From: a bacterium
Lineage (GTDB): Bacteria; Ratteibacteria; UBA8468; B48-G9; DTJG01
Reading direction: 5' to 3'
DNA: 64,000 bases
Assembly (NCBI GenBank): GCA_021800535.1
Contig: JAJYYV010000005.1
Location: 3,607 to 67,606 of the forward strand
In this document: one piece after another, positions 50,373 through 59,501 of the stretch
How positions within the stretch are numbered: the stretch's first letter is position 1
Layout: each line of letters begins with the position of its first letter
Made by a program: the position numbers and the translations under genes
Notes under the pieces: generated by a model
Told to the model about the DNA's origin: nothing
Seen by the model: only the letters and a program-made list of their open reading frames with translations
Database searches by the model: none

Positions 50373-50517
50373 AGTAAATATTCACTGAAAATACTTTGTG
50401 CCTAAGTGTTGCATTCTCCTATATCAGGTATTACTTTGTGCCTGTTTTATTAAGATTATATCATAATAAAGGTTTATAAGTGGTAAATTTTTTAAAGATA
50501 TAGAAATAGATAGAATT

Positions 50518-52542
50518 TTATTGTTCTATTATTACACTGCTGTGAATTTCAATTTTAGGAATATCTATCAGTATTGTGTTATTATCAAATTTTCCGGATA
50601 AAGGAATATTTTCAGGTAAAAGTTTGATGCTTTTGGGATACTTTTTGCATCTTATTTTCATTTTCATATTATAGATAGGAATTATATGTTCAGTTAAAGC
50701 ATAATTATCATCAATGGACCTTTCTCCATTATGATTAATAAGATGGATAATAATATTATTATTTTTTTTAGCTGCTACTACTTCTATTACATCCGGAGCA
50801 TCCAATTCAATTAATTTTTCAGATATTAGCATATCTATAAGATTTTTAACTATATATTTGAGATTCCACTGATTTTTTTTAATATATGCGGAAAAAATAT
50901 CTCCACTTATATAAACAGCTTTGCCTTTTCCTATATTATTTAGAGTAATAGAAGGATATCCGGTAAGGGTGTGTGGAGATGAAGCTGCAAATTGAAATTG
51001 CAATTTATTATCATTTCTTAAATATATATCTCTTAAATCTGCTAAAACCCTGCATGTGACAGGATTAACATATGTAAACTCTGTCCATGTAAGAATAGGC
51101 ATATCCAAACAGTTCTTTTTTAATTGATTATCTCTAATATCTATATAGGCATGAGAATTTGGATAAAATCCCTTAAATTTTATTCCCAGTATATCTTCCA
51201 GAAAAAGCTGATTTTTAAACTGGTAATTTTTATCTTGAGAGGCTGTTAAATAAGTTGCAATCAAACTTCCACCTTTTTCTACGAACTTTTTTAATTTCTG
51301 AATAAGGTCTGTATCAATATATCTCTGGTCAGGGAGAATTATAAGTTTGTAATTATTTATATTTTCTAAAAGATTTTTTTCATTAAGAATATTATAGGAA
51401 ATTCCGCTTTCTAATAAAATTTTATGTAAACCTCTCAACGGTGTTTCATCTATAAAAAAATTCGGTTTATGTGTAAAATAAGAATGTGTAGAACTTAAAA
51501 CAGCAACATCAGAAAGGGGTGTAGTATCTTTACATATATCCTCTCTTTTTTTTACGAAATCAAAAGTTTTTTTAAATTCTCCCATTATAGCATCTTCAAC
51601 TTTAAATTGAGGATACATTTGATGTCCTATAAATGTTTTTGCCCCATTAGCAATGATTGTGGCGCATTCCTGTTTTAAAGATGTAGAAGGTTTCATTCCA
51701 TAATCTCCCCACCACTGTAAAAAAGCTGTGTTCATAATGTCAAAAGACGTATTTAATGTGGAAAGATATTTTGTTTGATAACTTGCAGTAAATACTTGAT
51801 TTTTAGGATTAATATCCAAAGTGATAAAACCTAAATTTGCAGGAGGAATTTCTGGTTGTCTGATTGTATAGGCATAATTAAAAGCAATTAAAACATCTTT
51901 TCGTTTTTCATAGATTGTTTTTATAATTTTTTTTCTTATTTCTTTAAAAATGTCCAATTTCCATTTGATATATGTTTTCCAATCAGGACTGTTTGTATCT
52001 ATAGGTATATCTAAACCTGAAAAATTTTTAAATTTTTTTCTGCAGGATTCGCAATAGCATGAATTTTGAGCAATTGTTCCATCCAGAAATAGACCATCTA
52101 TTTCATAATTTTTTACAATTTCTTCTAACTGGGGAATCATATGCTCCTCTAAAAGAGGACTTAGCATACAAATGGAAATCCCTTTATATTTATTATCAGA
52201 TTCTTTTTCTCTCCATTCTGGAAATTTTTCAGCAATAGGTTCACTATAAAATGTGTGATAATAAGCAATAACTTTTATTCCCCTTTTATGGCAAACTGTA
52301 ATAGTTTCTCCTAAGATATCCAAATTTTTGGGCAGCTTAGGATGTATCCATCCAATTTTACCATTTTGATAATATCTCCATCCAGCTCCACATTTGGCAA
52401 AAGAAGAAACAGCCTGAGCCTGGACATTTTCCAATTTTTCAGCCCATTTTTCAGCATTGAATTCTTTAGCTAAGTCAATAGTAGAACTTATATTATGAAA
52501 ATCAAAAAAAAGTTTTCTATAACTATTTGTATACCAGTTCAT
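50518..52542 (-). CDS. Cytoplasmic glycoside hydrolase (GH29/GHL6-like barrel + beta-galactosidase trimerisation-like domain)
   Basis: FDFH, FAKC..G..Y, DGLFLDG, CYCESC, LPDQ...FVEKGGSLIAT, IHLINH. Confidence 0.7.
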   Translation of the reverse strand: MNWYTNSYRKLFFDFHNISSTIDLAKEFNAEKWAEKLENVQAQAVSSFAKCGAGWRYYQNGKIGWIHPKLPKNLDILGETITVCHKRGIKVIAYYHTFYSEPIAEKFPEWREKESDNKYKGISICMLSPLLEEHMIPQLEEIVKNYEIDGLFLDGTIAQNSCYCESCRKKFKNFSGLDIPIDTNSPDWKTYIKWKLDIFKEIRKKIIKTIYEKRKDVLIAFNYAYTIRQPEIPPANLGFITLDINPKNQVFTASYQTKYLSTLNTSFDIMNTAFLQWWGDYGMKPSTSLKQECATIIANGAKTFIGHQMYPQFKVEDAIMGEFKKTFDFVKKREDICKDTTPLSDVAVLSSTHSYFTHKPNFFIDETPLRGLHKILLESGISYNILNEKNLLENINNYKLIILPDQRYIDTDLIQKLKKFVEKGGSLIATYLTASQDKNYQFKNQLFLEDILGIKFKGFYPNSHAYIDIRDNQLKKNCLDMPILTWTEFTYVNPVTCRVLADLRDIYLRNDNKLQFQFAASSPHTLTGYPSITLNNIGKGKAVYISGDIFSAYIKKNQWNLKYIVKNLIDMLISEKLIELDAPDVIEVVAAKKNNNIIIHLINHNGERSIDDNYALTEHIIPIYNMKMKIRCKKYPKSIKLLPENIPLSGKFDNNTILIDIPKIEIHSSVIIEQ

Positions 52543-52595
52543 TTTATTAATCCTCAAATTGTAAAAGAAAAAATTAGTTATATTTCAAATAGAAA

Positions 52596-53582
52596 TTATA
52601 TAGTATCATTAATATTTTTAAATATATCTAAAAAAGGTGGAGGGATATTACCATTTTCATCAGGAGGAAGTATATCATAGGTTATAGCCCCACCAAAAGA
52701 ATTAATATGCTTTGTATAACCTGTAATAAGTTCTTTGGAAAATCTTACATTACCTCTTCCCCAGTCGTCTCCAAGAAAAGTTAAAATATGAAATTGGACA
52801 TTTTTGATAAATCTGCTTAAAGGCAGCCATCTATAAAAAACAGGTAATGCATGAGAAATTTCTCCTGCAGTGTAATCCTCATATTCAGTGAAAGAAATTA
52901 CAGGAATTTTTACTCCAGGATTAAAAGCAACAATACTATCCTTATTCCCACTTTTTGCAGATTCCGCAAAACTTTTAAAATTTGGCGCATCCGGATGGTT
53001 ATACATTTTATCTGCATAATAACAACCGTCAAACCACCATCCTGATACAAGTTTTCCCCATCTATTTGACCATTCTCTTATAATGGCTTGCCAATTTTTT
53101 TGAAATTCTGTTAACCGTTCATCTATTTCTTCAGGTATTTTGTATTGCCCTTTTTTTAATCCCCACATACTTCCATCCCAGGATGGAGTACATTTTAATT
53201 TTTCAACCGCATAAGTATCTAAAACCGGAGCATGGGATGGTAAATAACATATAAGTTTTATATCTTTTGAATTTAATTCTTCTGCAAGGTCTTTAATTAA
53301 ATCTCTTTTGGAAAGCCGGGATATTTTTCTTTCAACTATTTCATCATAGGTTTGATTTGGAGAACAATAATACCCGGAATTTTGCCCCATAGTAAATATT
53401 AACCAGCCGCATTTTATTTCAGATAGCTGTTTAACAAAATTTCTAACATTAAATTGATTAATTCTTTTATTCCATTGTTCTTCATAGGATTCCATAGGAG
53501 AGGAATTACCAGCATAATCTGCTAAATAACAAACCATAATTCCCCATTTTTTTTCATACATCCAATCTGCTTTATGTTCCAT
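52596..53582 (-). CDS. Alpha-L-fucosidase-like (GH29-like) TIM-barrel protein
   Basis: KWG, QNSGYYCSPN, RDLI, GWWFDG, AFNPG, DYTAGE. Confidence 0.65.
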   Translation of the reverse strand: MEHKADWMYEKKWGIMVCYLADYAGNSSPMESYEEQWNKRINQFNVRNFVKQLSEIKCGWLIFTMGQNSGYYCSPNQTYDEIVERKISRLSKRDLIKDLAEELNSKDIKLICYLPSHAPVLDTYAVEKLKCTPSWDGSMWGLKKGQYKIPEEIDERLTEFQKNWQAIIREWSNRWGKLVSGWWFDGCYYADKMYNHPDAPNFKSFAESAKSGNKDSIVAFNPGVKIPVISFTEYEDYTAGEISHALPVFYRWLPLSRFIKNVQFHILTFLGDDWGRGNVRFSKELITGYTKHINSFGGAITYDILPPDENGNIPPPFLDIFKNINDTI

Positions 53583-53602
53583 TTTGTTCCTTTTTTATTT
53601 TA

Positions 53603-56575
53603 TTATTCAGTACCACCAAGGTATAATAAACCAAATTCGTCTGGATTTTTAGAATCTGCAATTCCTTTAAATATTCCTATTGCGATTAATTTTTTTTGTT
53701 TTGAAAGATAATTCATTGTTGCGGCTATTCCTATCACCTGTCCGGCTTTTGGCGGATTTTGCATTCCTAATAATTTCCAGGGAATTGCAGCCTCATAAAT
53801 AACTTTTGTCTGACCGTTTTTTAAATTTTCTTTTTTTGCAGTAAATTTTAATATATCAGGGGATATTAAACCTATTGGAAATTTATCCGGATTAAAACTT
53901 ATAGTTCTACATGTCTGAGGACCTTGTTTTGTTAAAGCAAAATCTATTTCACTATATCTTTTTATTGAATTTGTATCAGCAACAGCATTTCCAGTTTTTT
54001 GTTGTTTTTTATATGGGTCTAAATTAAATGCAAGTTGAAGAGAATCTGCTGCCCATGTATTGTATCCGGTATATGGCTGGGAAAAAACATCATAATATAC
54101 CTCACAGGCAAAATATAAATATTTTTCATCCCATCCATATCTTAAATTTCCCCATGTTTGTTGGGGACCTGTATAATAGGGCGCTCCACGAACAACCCAT
54201 TGTTTGCCTTTTAAAGTAATTGCAGGGATATTTTTCCAGGAAGAAAGATTCCCTGTCAGAAAAGGAGGACTTTTAAATTTTGGAGCTTGCAAAAAGTTTA
54301 CAAGAAAGTTTTTTTTTATTTGATAACCATTATTACTTATAATTTTAATTGCTGTTTTATAGGAGAACACAGGATTGACATCTATATCTGAATAATTTAT
54401 GTTAATAATTTTTTCTTGCTGGGGTAAAATAAATACTTCTGTTTGTTTATTTGAATTAGGAATACCTTTTATTCTGACTTCTATATTCCCTTTGAATGGC
54501 TCATTTTGCTCTTCTTGAATTGCTATACTTAAACCCTTTTGGCTTCCTTTAAAAAATGGCTTTACATATTCTATGTTAATAAGAGATTCCACTAATACTC
54601 TTAATCCTGTTAATCCAACAAGATTTCCCTGGTTATTTATTAAATCGGCTTCAACAGTATATGTTCCATTAGATGTTCTCTCTGGTATTTTCAGAGAAAC
54701 ATTAAAAGGTTTTTCTATGTTTTTACTAACATTAATATCTTTTTCTATGTTAATACCTAATTCTTTTGATTTAATTATCACTTTTCCTGTGAATGATTTA
54801 TTTATTCCAAGGACCTTACCTGAAATATTAATTTTTTTACCGGGAAATGTTATTATACTGCTGGTGTTTAATTGTATGGGCTTTTTTGCATTCTTGCCCC
54901 AGATTTTACTTGAAACATCTGTAATATAAATGGGTTCTTGAGTAAGAGTAACTTTTAAAAGACCATTTTTTGTTATTACATTTTTTTCATTACCCATCCA
55001 ATCATAAACTTTAATTTCTTTTACTCCTACAGGTAAACTAATGATTTTGGGTTTATTTCCATAATTCCAGAGTGCCAGAGTGATTTTTTTTGTGAGGTAA
55101 TTCTCAAAGACATATCCTAAAGAATTATTTCCTAACCAGTTTATGGGGCCTAAAGATTTAGTTCCTTCTAAAAGATAGGTCATAGCCGCATACGCTGGTG
55201 CTGCTGGTTTTGGACCGATTTTAGATGAATTCCAGGATACTCCAGGAGTTAAATCATAGTAATAACCATAGGTGTTATTGTTATTTCCTGCTGGAGGAAA
55301 ATCAACAACATAAAAACTAAGATTGGCTTTAAATCCTTCTCCTTTTAAAATTAAATTTTCTCTTATATCTCCTGTTGCCTGGGAAAGTTCTCCTGAAGTC
55401 GTGTAACCTGATTGTCCTCCGGATTCTGTTCCATACATTGGAAGATGTTTTCCTGTTTCATAATATAAAAATTCTTTCCATTGTTTTATATCCTGAACAA
55501 GATTGTTTTTTTCAGGAGGATATGCTATATATGGATGAATTGAAAATGCATCTATATATTTGCCTAATCCTTCTTTAAATAGATTTCTTTGTTCATTATC
55601 TATTTTAATCTGGTCTTCAGTTGGACCAATAACTAATGCGTTTGAGTCTGCCTGATGAATGGCAGAATATGCTATTTTATAAATCTGAATAAGTTCTTTG
55701 TCTGTTCCTTTATATCCCCATGGGTATACTGGTTCCCATGTTATTTGATATATTCTTTTTTCATCAGGATAAATTTTTTTATATGTTGCGGCTACTTCAG
55801 AACAATATTTTTTCCAATATGTTTCTCCTTGTGGAGTTAATGCTCCTGTACAGCCTGCAAATGTTCCAGGAATTACTGCCCATTTTGGAGCCATATATAA
55901 AGAGGGCATAGCATAAACCTTCCAGTTTGTTTTTGTACCTGGTATTTTTATTTTTGCATTTTTCCATAATTCCAGAGTATTAAAATTTCCTTTGGTTTCT
56001 GTAATTTTTTTAGTAAATTCACCTGGTCCATTTGGTTCCTCCTGAGACCAGCCAAAACCGCCTAATACCCATCTTATCCCGAGATAGGACATAATATTAA
56101 TGGCTTGAACAAATCCTCCCTGCATTCCAAAGAAAGTTTCATTTTCAGGATATAAAATTCTTTTTGCAGGATTAGGAACAATACAATATGTGAGAAATCC
56201 TTCTGGTCTACTGCCCAGAGCAGGTAATTCTATCCCATTTGAAATTTCTGCATAAACCCTGTAAAAACCAAGTTTTTGAGTTGGAGCATTATATGAGATT
56301 TTGCAATTACCTTTTTTATCAGGTTTTATTGGAATTTCAACTTTTTTTATTGTTTTATTAAGGGCATCTACAATATTTAATTTTAGATTAAGATTATTTT
56401 CTTTTATTCCTTTGATGTCAAAAGTAAGGATAACTTTATCTCCTATTGCAAATGTACTTGTTTGAGGTTTGTTTGTGTCGCCTGTGAAAGTAATTTGAGC
56501 AAATGAACTACTAACCAAACAGAACAAAAAAATTAAAAAGAAAAACAATAATATTTTGTCTTTAATTTTATCCAT
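53603..56575 (-). CDS. Secreted multidomain clan GH-A (GH39/GH5-like) glycoside hydrolase with C-terminal CBM9-like domain
   Basis: Signal peptide, QITWEP (acid/base), SIHPY, YGTESG (nucleophile), PKPA..AY, C-terminal WDEKYLYF...DSLQLAF...YEAAIPW. Confidence 0.7.
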   Translation of the reverse strand: MDKIKDKILLFFFLIFLFCLVSSSFAQITFTGDTNKPQTSTFAIGDKVILTFDIKGIKENNLNLKLNIVDALNKTIKKVEIPIKPDKKGNCKISYNAPTQKLGFYRVYAEISNGIELPALGSRPEGFLTYCIVPNPAKRILYPENETFFGMQGGFVQAINIMSYLGIRWVLGGFGWSQEEPNGPGEFTKKITETKGNFNTLELWKNAKIKIPGTKTNWKVYAMPSLYMAPKWAVIPGTFAGCTGALTPQGETYWKKYCSEVAATYKKIYPDEKRIYQITWEPVYPWGYKGTDKELIQIYKIAYSAIHQADSNALVIGPTEDQIKIDNEQRNLFKEGLGKYIDAFSIHPYIAYPPEKNNLVQDIKQWKEFLYYETGKHLPMYGTESGGQSGYTTSGELSQATGDIRENLILKGEGFKANLSFYVVDFPPAGNNNNTYGYYYDLTPGVSWNSSKIGPKPAAPAYAAMTYLLEGTKSLGPINWLGNNSLGYVFENYLTKKITLALWNYGNKPKIISLPVGVKEIKVYDWMGNEKNVITKNGLLKVTLTQEPIYITDVSSKIWGKNAKKPIQLNTSSIITFPGKKINISGKVLGINKSFTGKVIIKSKELGINIEKDINVSKNIEKPFNVSLKIPERTSNGTYTVEADLINNQGNLVGLTGLRVLVESLINIEYVKPFFKGSQKGLSIAIQEEQNEPFKGNIEVRIKGIPNSNKQTEVFILPQQEKIININYSDIDVNPVFSYKTAIKIISNNGYQIKKNFLVNFLQAPKFKSPPFLTGNLSSWKNIPAITLKGKQWVVRGAPYYTGPQQTWGNLRYGWDEKYLYFACEVYYDVFSQPYTGYNTWAADSLQLAFNLDPYKKQQKTGNAVADTNSIKRYSEIDFALTKQGPQTCRTISFNPDKFPIGLISPDILKFTAKKENLKNGQTKVIYEAAIPWKLLGMQNPPKAGQVIGIAATMNYLSKQKKLIAIGIFKGIADSKNPDEFGLLYLGGTE

Positions 56576-56612
56576 TTTTTCCTCGTTTTTATATTTATTT
56601 GTGCCTAAATGA

Positions 56613-56640
56613 ACTACCCTGCGGCAAGCCGCAGGGTAGT
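56613..56640. repeat. GC-rich perfect hairpin (terminator-like or IS200/IS605-end-like)
   Basis: ACTACCCTGCGG-CAAG-CCGCAGGGTAGT, 12-bp stem, just downstream of the pilin-like gene. Confidence 0.75.
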
Positions 56641-56657
56641 CTAAAAATAATCTAAGA

Positions 56658-57440
56658 TTAATAATAATATGCTCCTTGCATAGTTAGCGACATCCAGGGA
56701 TAATGGCCCCAAAAATCTGTCCAGTAATTACTTGTTGTCCACCAGTTTGAATTTTCACTGGTAGGGTCATTATTTTCAATCATAAGAGGAGTTGCACTAT
56801 TCACATGTCCATCAGCATATAATACATCTGTTCTTCCATTCCATGGATACCAAACATGTAATCCATAGTCAGTGTCATATAAGCCATAAACTCCTTCAGG
56901 ACTAAGTCTTTGGCTTGCAAAGTAACATGAATCTGCACAGACAAGTATATTAGCCGGCTCATCAAGTTCAGTGATGTTTATAGGAACCTGCCAGCTATTT
57001 TCACCTAAAGCCTCAGCATTATATCCTATTCCCTCAGTATATTCATATGAAACCGAACCATTTACAGCAGGGTCTACATATGTTGCTTCTGGACAGGCAA
57101 ATATTTTAACAAATGGACCATATGGCCCATATAAAGGGCCTCCCCAACCTGCAGGTTTAGTAGATATTGAAAGTCCTAAGTAGGGTTTAAGTTTATCTAT
57201 CCAGCAATATTCCCCTCCTTTACCATCTGGAGCTGTATATCTTGGGAAAAAGCCATTATAATCGTTTTCATACATGGCAAAGGCTAATCCAATTTGATGA
57301 AGGTTACTTTCATCTAATGCCTGACGGGCTTTTTTTCTTGCTTGAGCTAATGCCGGCAGCAACATTGCCGCTAATATGGCAATGATTGCTATTACTACCA
57401 ATAGCTCAATTAATGTAAAACCACTTTTACCTTTTTTCAT
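56658..57440 (-). CDS. Prepilin-type N-terminal cleavage/methylation protein, DUF1559/H-X9-DG family
   Basis: G|[34 protein letters not shown]-terminal [13 protein letters not shown]. Confidence 0.93.
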   Translation of the reverse strand: MKKGKSGFTLIELLVVIAIIAILAAMLLPALAQARKKARQALDESNLHQIGLAFAMYENDYNGFFPRYTAPDGKGGEYCWIDKLKPYLGLSISTKPAGWGGPLYGPYGPFVKIFACPEATYVDPAVNGSVSYEYTEGIGYNAEALGENSWQVPINITELDEPANILVCADSCYFASQRLSPEGVYGLYDTDYGLHVWYPWNGRTDVLYADGHVNSATPLMIENNDPTSENSNWWTTSNYWTDFWGHYPWMSLTMQGAYYY

Positions 57441-57518
57441 ATTTTTTCACCTCCTTTACACCATTTTTTTAAAAATTTTTTTTGATGCATATGATGTTGA
57501 TTCCCTGATAATTAATTT

Positions 57519-57532
57519 TGCAATCGTTTTTA
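57519..57532. promoter_or_regulatory. LacI-family operator-like palindrome
   Basis: TGCAATCGTTTTTA approximates TGWAANCGNTTWCA; lies between the promoter and the pilin-like gene. Confidence 0.4.
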
Positions 57533-57593
57533 AATCAATTTTTTTTGTTTTATATTTCTTCGCTATGTATTCTTTTTCTTCTTATTTTATTAT

Positions 57594-57622
57594 GTTATAC
57601 TTTTATATTTTATTTTTGTCAA
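57594..57622 (-). promoter_or_regulatory. Sigma70-type promoter for the pilin-like gene
   Basis: Minus strand TTGACA-N17-TATAAC. Confidence 0.65.
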
Positions 57623-57823
57623 GAGATATTTTATATCGTTATTATTTAAGATGCCAATTATGTATAGTGTATTTAAATTTTTTTGAAATAGTAGAAAAAA
57701 TAAATTGAATTTTGTTTATTAACTATTAACAACTTCCATTGCTATTTTTCACCATTTAAAAAATCTTTCTGGCTGATGCCGGACAGTACTGATATCTTTT
57801 AGGTAGGCGGCGCTTATAAGAGT

Positions 57824-59494
57824 TTAATAAACAATCTGATATTTAACTATTCTCAAATTCCCAGCATCTCCGACAAAAAGATAATCTTTTCCATTTACTC
57901 TGGCAATGGCAATTCCTGTTGGATGATAAAATCCTTTTCCTTTAGTATCATCTATACCATGTAATCCCCCATAAGACATCAGTAATTTTCCTTGTGGAGA
58001 TAAACAAAACACCTTATTTTTCTCAGAATCCACCACCCATATATTACCTTTGCTGTCAATAGCGGTTTCCACAGGAGCGCCAAAATTTATGTTTGATGCA
58101 CCTGCAGAATGCCAGTGTCCTGCTTCCCAGAGAACTTTACCATCTAAAGAAAGTCTGATAACAGAAACAGTTGGGATTGATGCCAGAAGAATGCTGTTTT
58201 TATTATAAAATTGCAAGGAGTACACTGCTTCCGATGGACCGAAAGTTATCCTTTTAGCGTATGCCTGTCCAAAATCATAAAAAGGTTTTATAGCACCATT
58301 TTGTTCTACTTTATATATGGTAAATGCCGGCCATCCTTGTTGGGGATTTACCACCCGTATGTAGATACTTTTTCCATCAGGTCTTGGAAGAAGTCCCCAA
58401 ACAGGAACTCCATCATTATGATACAATGGTTTTTGTGTTTTTGAATGAAATGTGCCTGTTTTAATAATATTTCCATTTGGTTCCATTTTATAAATATTTA
58501 TTCTTATATTACCTTTACTGTCAGGATATCCTGCAACATAAATTTTATTTTCAGAATCAAAACCAAGAGCAATATCCTGTCTCCAACCAGTGGTAAATCT
58601 TTGTTTAATTTTATCTGTTAATGGATTTAAAGAAAGCACAGAACTGTAAAGGTCTGTACCAAACCAGATTTGTCCATCAGGACTATTAACCATTGGTACA
58701 CCGGCAGGAAAAAAGTTTGGCCATTGGTCCATATAGGAAGGTGCTATAATTTTAGACAGTACAATTTTGCCATTTTGAAAAATATATTTTGTCATCTGGA
58801 AAAAATCAGGTCCACCTCTAAAAGCGACATAAATGCTTTTTTGTGAACCAAAACATGCACTAACGGCTCCAGTACCAATTACCATTGAAGAAATCAAAAT
58901 AAATGAATTGTTTTCCTTCTTATAAAGTAAGAGGTTTCCATTGGCAGTCAAAACTGCCATAAAACCATTTTTGACACAAACAAAAACAGGAGACACTCCT
59001 ATAGGAATAATGCTTTTAGGAAGGTTTGTATTTTCAGGAGAAAAAATCTGAATTCTGTTATTTCCATTATCACACACATAAAGATTCCCTTTTTTATCTG
59101 TGGCAACCATAGTGGGATTATTGAATTTACCAATAGAATTTCCTGTCCGACTGATAGAAAAAACCCATGGATAATCTTTTTTATAGTTTCCAAGTAATAT
59201 CACTTTTCCAAATGCAGCAAGATAATAGTAATATGTATGTGGCCAGCCTAATTTTATTCTGATGCTTTTTTCATACTTTCCATTAGAATTAAACTTCTCT
59301 ATCCAGTCGTTTAATGTTAATAAGTAAATACTGCCATTTTTATTGCATGCAACACTAAGGTTCTGCATTCCTTTACCACGCATATCCCCAATAATAGCCT
59401 GAAATTTAAGATGTGGGACAGTTTCTCCAAAAGCAAAAACCACCCATCCTGTTAATATGGCTAATGTTAAAATTTTTATCTTTTTTATATTCAT
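57824..59494 (-). CDS. Secreted NHL-repeat beta-propeller protein
   Basis: Signal peptide; F..P..VA.D..GNLYVCD.GN.RIQIF-type repeats. Confidence 0.85.
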   Translation of the reverse strand: MNIKKIKILTLAILTGWVVFAFGETVPHLKFQAIIGDMRGKGMQNLSVACNKNGSIYLLTLNDWIEKFNSNGKYEKSIRIKLGWPHTYYYYLAAFGKVILLGNYKKDYPWVFSISRTGNSIGKFNNPTMVATDKKGNLYVCDNGNNRIQIFSPENTNLPKSIIPIGVSPVFVCVKNGFMAVLTANGNLLLYKKENNSFILISSMVIGTGAVSACFGSQKSIYVAFRGGPDFFQMTKYIFQNGKIVLSKIIAPSYMDQWPNFFPAGVPMVNSPDGQIWFGTDLYSSVLSLNPLTDKIKQRFTTGWRQDIALGFDSENKIYVAGYPDSKGNIRINIYKMEPNGNIIKTGTFHSKTQKPLYHNDGVPVWGLLPRPDGKSIYIRVVNPQQGWPAFTIYKVEQNGAIKPFYDFGQAYAKRITFGPSEAVYSLQFYNKNSILLASIPTVSVIRLSLDGKVLWEAGHWHSAGASNINFGAPVETAIDSKGNIWVVDSEKNKVFCLSPQGKLLMSYGGLHGIDDTKGKGFYHPTGIAIARVNGKDYLFVGDAGNLRIVKYQIVY

Positions 59495-59501
59495 AATTTT
59501 A

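Noticed and set aside
57376-57708. 110-aa F/I/Y-rich plus-strand ORF
   Set aside because: Low-complexity translation of the AT-rich promoter region, antisense to the pilin-like gene
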